This document shows, one piece after another, positions 27,918 to 38,661 of a stretch of 64,000 bases of DNA; within the stretch, counting starts at the first letter, position 1; each line of letters begins with the position of its first letter. The position numbers were made by a program, and so were the translations under genes. The stretch is taken from positions 18,067-82,066 of the forward strand of contig JAUCBJ010009017.1 in the NCBI GenBank assembly GCA_032718475.1, in the 5' to 3' direction. The stretch comes from Nemertoderma westbladi. Its lineage: Eukaryota > Animalia > Xenacoelomorpha. The notes below the pieces were generated by a model, which did not search any database, was not told the origin of the DNA, and was given only the letters and a program-made list of their open reading frames with translations.

Positions 27918-29168
27918 TGTAAAAGCTTCTGTGGGATCTAACTGGCCCCTTTTGCTTCGCAATCCAGTTTCCCCCCAGGCGCTGGAATACTCTAAAAAGG
28001 TTCTCTAACTGTATATATATTCCCCTCGCCCGCAAGGTACCGTTACAGGTGTTTTAACGGACATAAAAGTCATTCTGCTATATACGTGTTTTGGCGGACA
28101 TGGTAAGGCAAAAAACCTGTAATGCACCAACTACCTTTTACAGCTTAGCCGTGATGATTCATATTACGACATCTAACAGCTGGTTGCTGACATGGAAACA
28201 GCCATTGGATGCATGGTTCTTTGTTTGGCTTGAGCCAATCAGAGCGATTTTTCCTGTCGACGTGTAGCTTTTCGGTCGATCATAAGGAGAGTGTTGAGTC
28301 TTACTGCTTTACTTGATACTTTGTTGTTATTGCTGTCTAAGCCAGAAACACCGGCCTTTTGGGAAGAACTCTAGTAAAACTGCTTGAATTATCGAAAGTA
28401 TAAACTGTTACCTCACCTAACTAATCTCAATAACTCACTAATTAACATGCTCACTTAATTTAATTGCATTAATCATATTGTTTGTACTGTTATTTTACCG
28501 TCAGTTATTAATTGTACCTATTTGTTGATGGAAATATTGCTCTTTGGATAATACGGATAAATCACCCAAATTCCCAATTTTCTTGATACACTACAGGTTA
28601 GAGAGACCGGCTATACATAACAATTGCGATTTATATTAATGTGGTGTGTATTGAATCCAATGTTATTTAGCAGACCCTACGTGAGTCAATTGTTGCTCTC
28701 TTTATGTGTGATCAAATATACTGACTGTCGGCAGAATAGTGTGTATGATTGTGATTGGTAACAAAGTATTTCCTAAAGAATACGCTTTATACTTCAATCA
28801 TAAGCAGTATCGTTGCGTTTTAGTATAAGTCTTAGTTCTGTTTAAATAGATAAAGCACCACGTCCTAAAGGAACTGTTAATATTTCCCGAAAGCCAATAA
28901 TATCTGTCAGAGATTAATTATTAACGATCTATCGAATAATACAGTAGGTATACACTGCAACCTTACACTGCAATAATAAAATTTAAGCATCCGAATTCAG
29001 CCTCCCGGGTGTAGATCCATCGGGTGAATGATCGCGCATGGGCTGTCTTCGGCTAATGTTTTGCGTATTAGCATAAAATATTGTCGTATGCTAAAGTGGT
29101 TTTAATTAACTAAAAGACATATAAATTTTGGCAGGTTAAACTGCTAAAGGTCTTCAAAAGCGCGAACA
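27918..29168 (+). repeat. 5' LTR
   Basis: Near-identical to 38662-39912 (two differences noticed by eye, at 28139 and 28857); CCAAT near 28235; AATAAA at 28975. Confidence 0.96.
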
Positions 29169-29181
29169 GTAACAGTTTATA
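29169..29181 (+). promoter_or_regulatory. Non-tRNA primer-binding site candidate, complementary to LTR nt 28399-28411
   Basis: GTAACAGTTTATA is the exact reverse complement of TATAAACTGTTAC; no TGG start. Confidence 0.7.
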
Positions 29182-31346
29182 ATCTTATTGCAGTAGGCAA
29201 TAGGGTTGCAAAATACCGTAGTGACTGGTAAAACTGAACCGGTGCTTCTGTAGGTCAGTAGGCCTAACTGTCATCACCGGTACCGGTACTGCTGTACAAG
29301 TACATTTAGTATTATTCGATTTTGATCATTGTATACCGGTAGGCTGTTTAAGAGATTAGGGACTGTACACCCCTTGTTTCTTTTGGAGCTTACTTATTTC
29401 TGTCGGTTTTATTTCCTAGTAAGTTAATATTGAGCTGAAGACGTGTAAGTCTGCTCAGATTGTTCAGATAATTGTAGGCTGAACTGCTGTCTGACTGTTG
29501 TTGAGTTTGGAGAGATTGCGGCGTGTGTAGAGTTTGTCTGATAAAGTGCCGTTAGTAAGTTGGGGCAGCCATAAGCGGTAAGGTCAATCCCCTCTTAAAG
29601 AGTAAGTCGTACTACCGTGTTAGAACGCATACTAACTAACAGTTTCAGAGTCTGCATATACTGTAGTTTATCTAGGCTTGATCGTAGTCTGCCAGTGTTT
29701 CGGCCTGTGTTTGTTTGTGTGGTCTGTTCGGGTACCGTAATAGTTATTACTCAAATATTTGTAAGCTGGATTGTTGTCTAGCTGTTTTTAGGTCTGAAGG
29801 GATTGCTGCGTGTGTAGAGTTGGTCTGATCAAGTGCCGTTAGTAAGTTGGGGCAGCCATAAGCGGTAAGGTCAATCCCCTCTTAAAGAGTAAGTCGTACT
29901 ACCGTGTTAGAACGCATACTAACTAACAGTTTCAGAATCTGCACATACTGTAGTTTGTTTAGGCTTGATAGTAGTCTGCCAGCGTTTTGGTTTGTATTTG
30001 TTTGAGTATTCTGTACGGGTAGCGTAATATTTATTATTCAGAGTTTATGCGATTATTCGCAACATTCATGTCCCCAAGTTTATTCCTACAGTAATTGTGT
30101 TTGTTACACATACCGTTATAGTTAAACTAACCCCGGTACTACATCAGGGCTGCTTGGCGTAGGTAAAGACTGACGACTTTGTGCTTCGGTCACTCCAGCA
30201 GATGCCGTGGTTCTTTTAACTGTTCAAGTATATTTAACTACTGATTATTTGTTATACCGGTACTTGTACCTAATTTAGGGTTTAGTGTACAGTGCTTTCC
30301 GAAGTAATTAGTGTAGGCGGTATATTGTGTTGTAAAGTGGTTGATAGGCACATTCGTTAGCTCTATTAGCTTCTGGGTAGGAACAATCCGTGATACATAA
30401 CGTAGTACCTATAGCGATACGGTTATAGGTCGTCAGGCGGTGGTATTTTCCTATCTGGACAGTACAATATATTTACTACTACTTATTATTTAAATACCGT
30501 AGTACCCTGTCCTTTGTAATAGCCAGAAATCTAACCCTTTGTTGGACTGGTTTGTAGACTTCCTGTAAAATTACCCTAAAAATTTTGTACGTAATATTTT
30601 GTTGTGTTTAATTAGAGAATTAATCTCACCCGTATCGTAAGTAATTTGTAGTATTAAGTAACTTAGGTAAATTAGAATTATCAGTTTTAGTGTCAAATAA
30701 ATAGCACTTCACTTAGAGGCGTTCAGCTTCTGTGTAGTGACTCCCCCAGAAATAATAACATTTATTTCAAATATTGACAAAAACCCATGTAACGGGTATA
30801 TAAATATTATAAATCAACTCAAACGATTTATAAATAGTAGGCCTGTCACACAAAAACTAGGTCTCACTATCAGTTGGACTACTGCTTAAATAACGGTAAT
30901 AAAGTAAGTTAAAGTAACTAAGTAACCCTAAAATATTCAGGAATTCAATTATTCTAAAAATAATTGACATACCGGTACTTACCATAGGCTTATTATATTT
31001 ATCTCTATAAATTTGAGCTGAAATCATACCGGTACTCTGTAATTAATTCTAGTTCATAATTATACTTACATGCTGTAAGTGTAAGCTGTATACCGGTATT
31101 CATTATAGGCCTACTATATATATATATATATTTGTGCTAAAATTATATACCGGTACTCTGTGACAAATCTAGTCTGTAATAATACTTATATATTATAAGC
31201 ATACCGGTATTCTAATATATTGTGTATATATCACGCTACACTGAGTAGCAGTATCGGTAATTAATTATTAGGCTAACAGTGATACTGAATTACTAGACTT
31301 GCTTTAACTGTAATATAGCAGTAGGCATTCGACTGTACAATCAAAC

Positions 31347-34300
31347 ATGGCTGACACAAGGCAAACTCTGTCAGATAGTCTCCTAGAAACAACAGACTGT
31401 TTCTCAGATCAAAGTGTAGAGAATCCCAGACCGAGGTCTGAAACCCCTCATACTGTAAGAAGGGCAACCCCTGCAGTGGTTGTGACAGAACCTAGGTTGG
31501 TAGAAAAGATTTCGCAATTTGCGAAGTTGGTGAGGCGCCGTTGGTCTGCCATAGGCACTCGGGCCCAAGTCGGGCGGGATCAAGAAGAAGCTATAAAACA
31601 GCAGCAACCTCCTAGCCAAGAACCTAGTTCTCAGCGGCCCGATAGCTCCAGTAGTTCGGATACTGTTGAGCGGACGCCCGAGCGCGGAGCGAAGATGGTG
31701 GATACGGTTTATGATGGGCGGCCAGCCTGTGGGGAATCAACCGACGCCACTTCTTCTCAAGTGGAAAGTGAGGTGGAAGGCGAAGTGGAAAGTGAGGTGG
31801 AAAGCAAAGTGGAAAGCGAGGTGGAAAGCGAAGTGGAAAGCGAATTAACATCAGCAGAGAAGCCGCGAACTAGAGACGCTATCGACATTTATTTGTCCGA
31901 CTATCAGCGATTCCTAGGAGACGAAGAGTTGAGGAGACGGCTGTCTGGACTTTCCCCTAATAGTGAAGGAACCAAGCTTGTGTTGGACTCAATCGATGCC
32001 GAAATGTTAGCTGCAAACCAAGCTGAATGTGATGAAAAACTCCGCCTCATTAGAGTCCGAGAAGAACAAATAAAGAAAAGAAGGATAGAGGAACAAAAGG
32101 CGGCGGCTATGGCGGCGGCTATGGCAGATGCAGAAGCAGAAAGAAAAGCAGCAAAGGCGGTGGCTATGGCAGATGCAGAAGCAGAAAGAAAGGCAGCAAA
32201 GGCAGTGGCAGAAGCAGAACGGAGAGCGTCTGAGGAGACTATCCAATTGGAGTTGGAAAATCTGCAAGAGACGCAAGACAGTATAAATAAACAGTTTACT
32301 GCTAATCAAATGCAGATGATGAGTCGATCTACTCCCAAGCGCCAAGGATACACATCATCGGAGGAAGGCGAGACCACCGATCCTGAAGGCGGAGGAAATA
32401 GATCTCGTCTAAGCAGGCGTAGAAAAACATCTCACCATCATAAACTGCCTGATTTGCCCCCAGCTGTCAGAAGACAACTAGCTAGCACAGACTTGAGTAG
32501 TATAGAACCTACAGCCCAAAGTATTAAGGTCCAAAGACTCTCTACAATAGTTGATGAGCCTGAGATAATTAGGCCTGTCGTTCCCAAAGTCACTTCTGTG
32601 TTAGAGACCCCTGTACTTCCAGAGCTTAACTCTAAATTCCCTTTGCATAGTACTACACTGCCTGTACCCGGTGGAACAGTCCAAGAGAATATCCCTGTCC
32701 AGATAGCAGAGAGAGAAATCAAAAATTTGTCTCCCGTCGTCCCGCGTCAGCCCGCTACTATGTTGGCGACTCCCGCTTCAGCGGTTGAGTGGGTGGAAGA
32801 GGGACGGCGGGGGATGAATCTCCTGCTAGGACAGATGCAGGAGACTGTCCACCAACTTAAGGGAACAGTGAGGGAAGGTAGAGCAGAGTTGCAAGAAGTG
32901 CAGCAAAGTATCGCGCTAGAACGCGACAAATTAGTCAATATACAAAAAGGCATACCAATGCCCCCTGTAACATTGTGTCAACCCGTTAGGTCTGAAGTAT
33001 TACATGCGCAAGGTGTGGAGCCTACACGCATCTATGCTGCTAGTGAAGTTGAAACTCCTATAGCAAACCCTGTTGGGGGTGATTATAAACCTGTTATTAA
33101 TGATATTCCCTATAGACCTGATAATGATCCGAGAAATTTATATACCGATAATTCGATATTAAATAACACGATGGTCCAAGAAAGCTTTACGCGTCAGATG
33201 GCTAGAACAGAAGCCCGCCAAGCGGTCAAAGTGGGAGAGATCGTCAAATTCAATGGAGACGAGATGAAATGGTTACCTTTCAACGAATATTACAAAGATA
33301 GCATACAGAACTCTGTACTATCTAACGGAGAGAAACTTAGATTCCTCATCAAGTGCTTGGAAGGACCTCCCAAGTTAATGGCGTTAAAGTTTATTGGACA
33401 TCCAGATGGATTAAGACAAGTTTGGGATACACTAAACATCAGGTATGGTAACAAGGATAACATAGCTAAGTATTTGTATGCAAAATTAGTAGCCCCCCGA
33501 CACTTCCTTAGTAGCGAGATTATAGAGTTTTCCGATGAAATTCAAGAGATCTGTAGACAACTGGACTGGTTAGGTAAGTCGCATGAATATCAGAGTTCCA
33601 TGGTTATTGGAGCCGTAGTCTCTACTTTACCAAAGGGTGGAGTATGTACACGCTGGGACAAGAAAGTGTTGTACATGAATGAACAACAACGACGAAGTCC
33701 TACCATGGCTGATCTCATGTCTTTCTTAGATAGTGAAGTAAAATTACAACTCATAAGGCAGGCCAGAGAGAAAACATCGGAAAATAAGGTAAGTGAGAAA
33801 CCCGATTCTAGGAGAAGGATAATACCAGTGTGTTATACTGACGACGGCGAAAGCCAAGCTTCTCAAGAAGAGGACAGCGGGAAAGACACAGCAAAATCTT
33901 ACTATGACAACAAGACCTATAAAGACGTAAGTAAATACAAGTCTCGAACCAGTGACAGGAGAGAACAGGTAACAACAACTCCTCCTACGTCTCCTAAGAG
34001 AATTCACGGAAGAAAGCCTGAAGAAAGAACGAGAGTGCATAACGTTAACCAAGTTAAGGTGAGTAACATCAAACCAAAATGTGCGCTGTGCGACGGGCCT
34101 CACCGTTTGAGTGCGTGTGCTGAATTTCTAAAGAAATCCCCTGTAGACAGACGTACAGTCCTGTGGAATAAGCGGTTATGCTATAATTGCCTCAGATCAG
34201 GACACCAACGGCGAACCTGTTACTCCGACGCAAAGTGTGCAAAGTGTGGCGCGAAACATCACATTTTGTTACACAGTGAGTTCGAACGAGACAACCCGAG

Positions 34301-35507
34301 TCAGGTAAGTGAGCCCGAACTACATGTCCAATTCAGTGATGTGAACGACACTGACCAAGGTTCTGAGTGGGAAGGATTCTATACAGACGAATTCTCCGAT
34401 GCCAACGAATCCTGTTATCTAATAAATACCACAGTGTATCGAGCACTTACGGATGAAAAGGACACTGACGAGTTTACTCCAACTCCTTTTGACAAACAAC
34501 CATCTTGGAAAGTTCCAACTTCCAACATAGGAATAAGAGAATTTCCTGTAGTGCAAGTTCGAGTTCATGGTCCCAACAAGAGTTACATAGTGAACGCCCT
34601 ACTTGACTCCGGCAGCACAGGAACATTCATCGATCAAGAACTAGCCGAAGATATCTTTGCTGGACAACCCAAGTTCCGGACTAAATTGAATATGTCAGGA
34701 ATTATGCAGGTTTGGAAATCTACCCTAACGGCAGATTACTATGTAGGTGTGTTGTCCACCCCCCAGGATAAGTTAGGAACACAAGGTATAAGGTCAGTAA
34801 AAATGGTGGCTATAAAGAACTTTGCTACTACTCAAGCAGAACCTTATAACTGGGACGAGGACGAGTGCATCCAACATCTTGAGATACCTCGATTCCAAAC
34901 CGATTATCCTGGAGTGCAAATACTCATCGGCCAAAACGCGCATGAGGCGCTCGAGCCATTAGAGAAACGGCCTGCTCAACCACAGCCACTACAAACCTAT
35001 GCGGTAAGAACTAGAGTAGGTTGGTACTTCACTGGCCCTTCCCGTAGAACTCTCAAAGAGAGATTACCTCAACAACAGGTATACCAAGTAAAGGGGGAAG
35101 TGGAGAGCAGTGATGTGGACGACCCAACTGAGGGAACACCATACTCCTCAGATAATGACGATATTAACTCCAATGTAGATCAATGGAGACATTGCCTTGG
35201 GACGATTAATCCAGCCGACATCGCTTCCAGAGGAGCAACTCCTCAAGAACTGATAGATACTCCAGGCTGGTTAGGTGGATCCGACTTCTTAAGTAAAGAA
35301 GAAGAAGAATGGCCTCCTCATCTTACCACGGCGGAGAGTAGACAGGCCAAGGGAGCGGAGAAACTAACACAACCACTCAATCGCCCAGCTAGTCGTTTAT
35401 GTTTACTGGAAAGAGACCGAAAACTGTCCGGAAACTATGGAAGGCAAGATACTCTTCCTACGACTACTTCCCTAATCCGGCAAATATCTAGGGACTCCAT
35501 AACGTGA
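31347..35507 (+). CDS. BEL/Pao Gag-protease polyprotein with RT, most of RNase H and the integrase core deleted in frame
   Basis: DUF1759-like KFNGDEMKWLPF; BEL triple knuckle CALCDGPHRLSAC / CYNCLRSGHQRRTC / CAKCGAKHHILLH; protease ALLDSGS; remnants QWRHCLGTINPADIASRG (RNase H end) and RPASRLCLLE (integrase C-terminus); no YxDD or DDE core. Confidence 0.9.
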   Translation: MADTRQTLSDSLLETTDCFSDQSVENPRPRSETPHTVRRATPAVVVTEPRLVEKISQFAKLVRRRWSAIGTRAQVGRDQEEAIKQQQPPSQEPSSQRPDSSSSSDTVERTPERGAKMVDTVYDGRPACGESTDATSSQVESEVEGEVESEVESKVESEVESEVESELTSAEKPRTRDAIDIYLSDYQRFLGDEELRRRLSGLSPNSEGTKLVLDSIDAEMLAANQAECDEKLRLIRVREEQIKKRRIEEQKAAAMAAAMADAEAERKAAKAVAMADAEAERKAAKAVAEAERRASEETIQLELENLQETQDSINKQFTANQMQMMSRSTPKRQGYTSSEEGETTDPEGGGNRSRLSRRRKTSHHHKLPDLPPAVRRQLASTDLSSIEPTAQSIKVQRLSTIVDEPEIIRPVVPKVTSVLETPVLPELNSKFPLHSTTLPVPGGTVQENIPVQIAEREIKNLSPVVPRQPATMLATPASAVEWVEEGRRGMNLLLGQMQETVHQLKGTVREGRAELQEVQQSIALERDKLVNIQKGIPMPPVTLCQPVRSEVLHAQGVEPTRIYAASEVETPIANPVGGDYKPVINDIPYRPDNDPRNLYTDNSILNNTMVQESFTRQMARTEARQAVKVGEIVKFNGDEMKWLPFNEYYKDSIQNSVLSNGEKLRFLIKCLEGPPKLMALKFIGHPDGLRQVWDTLNIRYGNKDNIAKYLYAKLVAPRHFLSSEIIEFSDEIQEICRQLDWLGKSHEYQSSMVIGAVVSTLPKGGVCTRWDKKVLYMNEQQRRSPTMADLMSFLDSEVKLQLIRQAREKTSENKVSEKPDSRRRIIPVCYTDDGESQASQEEDSGKDTAKSYYDNKTYKDVSKYKSRTSDRREQVTTTPPTSPKRIHGRKPEERTRVHNVNQVKVSNIKPKCALCDGPHRLSACAEFLKKSPVDRRTVLWNKRLCYNCLRSGHQRRTCYSDAKCAKCGAKHHILLHSEFERDNPSQVSEPELHVQFSDVNDTDQGSEWEGFYTDEFSDANESCYLINTTVYRALTDEKDTDEFTPTPFDKQPSWKVPTSNIGIREFPVVQVRVHGPNKSYIVNALLDSGSTGTFIDQELAEDIFAGQPKFRTKLNMSGIMQVWKSTLTADYYVGVLSTPQDKLGTQGIRSVKMVAIKNFATTQAEPYNWDEDECIQHLEIPRFQTDYPGVQILIGQNAHEALEPLEKRPAQPQPLQTYAVRTRVGWYFTGPSRRTLKERLPQQQVYQVKGEVESSDVDDPTEGTPYSSDNDDINSNVDQWRHCLGTINPADIASRGATPQELIDTPGWLGGSDFLSKEEEEWPPHLTTAESRQAKGAEKLTQPLNRPASRLCLLERDRKLSGNYGRQDTLPTTTSLIRQISRDSIT

Positions 35508-37132
35508 TAGCATGTGGAGTGGGCGTGTGACTATATCATTTTATATTTGTTTTTATTTTATATTTATGTATGTATTATTATGTAATTTTATTATAATCGT
35601 TTTCTTTAATTTTTTTTAGTAGAATGTTATTTTAGAGATTATTTAGTAGATTAGTGCAATATATTAGTGTTTATTACGTATGTAATTACTTATAATATAT
35701 ATTTAGTGCGACGGCGAGAAATAATTATTTTTCTCTTTCCTTACTGTCCGTATTATATTATAAATGCGAGACTATAGTAAGATGACATGTCAGTACTTCT
35801 TAAAGTACAATAAAGCCACTACTATATTTAAGTATTATTGGTAGGCAGAGTATTAGGAATGCAAAGTTCAGATCCTCGTGTCTCGGCTAAACCAAGCTCT
35901 GGGTAGACCTTGGAAACGACTTGCCTCTTCACACTGACATTGCTTCGTGCGATATTGCTCTTCTACCTTATTTCAAATAATACATATAGTAGCGTGATGT
36001 CCCTCTAACAGTAGCGTAAAACGCAAATAAATCTGTTAAACCTTTTGACCATCTGTAATTCTAGTCGATTAAGATATCGCGGCACCCACCGATATACTTG
36101 AAAGACAAATTCTAGAATCAGTGGTTAACGTCCCCAGACAAGTTCTGGAATAAATCGGTGCCCATCCTAAATATTAATTTAATATTTATTAAAATCTGTA
36201 AAATCCCGATCCTTCAAAATTTCTAGTCAATTAAGATATCGCAGTATTTACCGATATTCTTAGAAGGACTATTTTATAGAATTGAGGATCCTAAGTCCCC
36301 AGATATGCTCTGGAATAAAATTTGTGTCAATTTAACATCAAATAATAAAATTCACGGGAATAAATTTAAATTCATATTCAAATGAATTTCATAAATTGTC
36401 ATTTTGTGCAATTTATAACATTCCCAAAATTCCAGTAATTAATAGACCATGGGAGCGGAGATTCATATTGAGTGTACTAGAGTGCGAGAATCTCCAACAT
36501 ATAGTCAATAGCCGATAAAATTTATAAAATCATGCATAAAGAGGATATTGACAATTAAAGAATTACTATTAAATAACATCCCAGATCTGTATACATGAGA
36601 ATTGCCCTAATTCTACCGCTAGTTTTCCATAATGTCACCATGGCAACACCCACGCTAGAAGTAGAAGCAAGTTAAAGGAACAATAAAAAGCTTAACCCAT
36701 TGCGAAGCATAAGAGTATACATAACGCACTATTAGTATCCAAGGATACATAGTAATAACGTGACATTCTGGAAGACACTGACTAACGGACAAATGGCATG
36801 CATGTGTGCAGTAAGCAATGATTGTATGGAATTTGTGCGTTTATAGGTGAATGTTACTACTAAAGTGTGTTTACAGTAGCTAATCGCAATTGTAAAGTAG
36901 CCCTAACTCTACCGAGATAACCTCAAGTGGATTCAAGCTTTTGGGACGGACAGTGGTGGGACTTGTGCCGGTTATCGTTGTCGTGCTGTTGCTACATGTT
37001 GGCGTAAACACCGCGACAACGGTACATCGGCGCTGAGAAACCCACTGTCCGGGGGCAAAGCCTAGTAGGCAGCGACGCCCGCTTGCCTAAAATATTAACT
37101 CATATTGATATTAATAAACTCAGATAGCAGAT

Positions 37133-38583
37133 ATGACGGAATTGATAGAAGATGACCTTGGTATCAGGGAGCGATATACTCTACCTTTACAAGCGTTTGT
37201 GGATAGCTTGATACGCGGTGAAGCCGATCCGACTATTACGGAGGACGATGGTCGTTATATCGAACCGCCGATGTCCCAGAAACAACTTACGCGTGAATTG
37301 GACTATAGAAAATTCACCGCTCGCTATACGAATCGTAATGGTACGTATATGGACTTCTTAACTACCGGCCATCCTACCGATTTACATGATACGGACGATG
37401 TATACACCGAAAGGGAAATGGTTCTATTTAAATATCATACCCAGCGGAGTCGTAACGATAAACCGAGAATAGATCACGAAAATTATATTCGTAACAGACT
37501 GGGAAGACGGACCCATATGTTTAGAATCTGAAGAGATTCAGCCCCCCACGTCTCGGAGTAGCGATAGCGACTACATATGGGAATGGTATCAAGGTCAACA
37601 GTGTCTCACTGCGTACGATTATCGCCATGCCAACTATGTTTCTCGGCAACGTTGTCGATTATGCGCATCGAGAGACCATGTTACGCCCATGGACACAAAC
37701 GTCCGCTGTTCCTATTTCCACGAACAACCGACGATGGAAATTTATTGCGCGTATTACAGACTCAATAACTCGCACATTTTTGCGGTTTGCCCTCAATTTA
37801 TGACTCAATGTCACCATTGTCAACTAAAGGGACGCGCCAGTTTCGATTGCCCTTTTTAGTCACGATTTGGAAAGCGTGGATGAAATGATCACACTACGTT
37901 ACATCAGAGCTTGGGAAGCGAACACTGATTTATATTGTGATTCACGCCATCGCTATTATCCTGGACGCGCCTACGAAGGAGTTTATGCGTTCCATCCATA
38001 TTTGTTTGCCTCCGTCGAGCAGAAATCGCGCCTATCAAGTTATGAACTATTGAAGCGCGTTGGAGAATGTATTTCAACCAAATATGTACGCAAATTCCTC
38101 AGGAGCATTAATCCGAGTGACATCAATTCGTATAACTTAATAAACTTTATCCGTCAAGATCCGGCCTATGGAGACTTATTTGTCAACTCACACCCTGAGT
38201 TACAGGAAGTATATCGACGGCCTTACGAGTACAGAGCCCGCGAACGCGAGTTGGAAAGAACCATTAAACCAAGGAAGTTTCTAACTGCCTATGGTCCACC
38301 CACGGCCCTCGTTCAGACCACTCGTAAAGGACCCGTAAGAGCGGCTGTCTTGAAACGAGCTCTCAAAGCCGTTAGACCCCTCTCCCCGGACGTTGATGTC
38401 AATCAACCCGGTACTTCGACCGGCGGATATACCGATCGCAATCCCATACCTTCTGATGCAATCATATTGCACCCTTCACCCAGGAGTTATAGCCCTCCTC
38501 GTAAAGTGGCTCGCCCCAAAGAGAAAAGGACTCTTGCTAGCTTTAAAAAACTGCGTAAACGCCGTCCGCGCAAGAAAGACTAA
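37133..38583 (+). pseudogene. Accessory ORF2 of the BEL element, about 480 codons, with Cys/His knuckles and a basic C-terminus; broken by two frameshifts
   Basis: ORFs 37133-37531 and 37867-38583 are bridged by an open frame (~37475-37856) encoding CRLCASRDH...C, CAYYRLNNSHIFAVC and CHHCQLKGRASFDC; ends KKLRKRRPRKKD. Confidence 0.6.
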
Positions 38584-38661
38584 CTGTTTAGAGTATTTTT
38601 ATATTTTAGAAACTGTGATTTTGTATATTTTATAGACTTAAATCCCATTTTCTGGGAGCGG

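Noticed and set aside
28987-29059. HDV-like ribozyme (CAGCCTCC...GGCTAATG), or a hammerhead near CGAAAG at 28393
   Set aside because: Could not build the HDV nested double pseudoknot, and there is no CTGANGA core for a hammerhead; kept only as an unclassified structure
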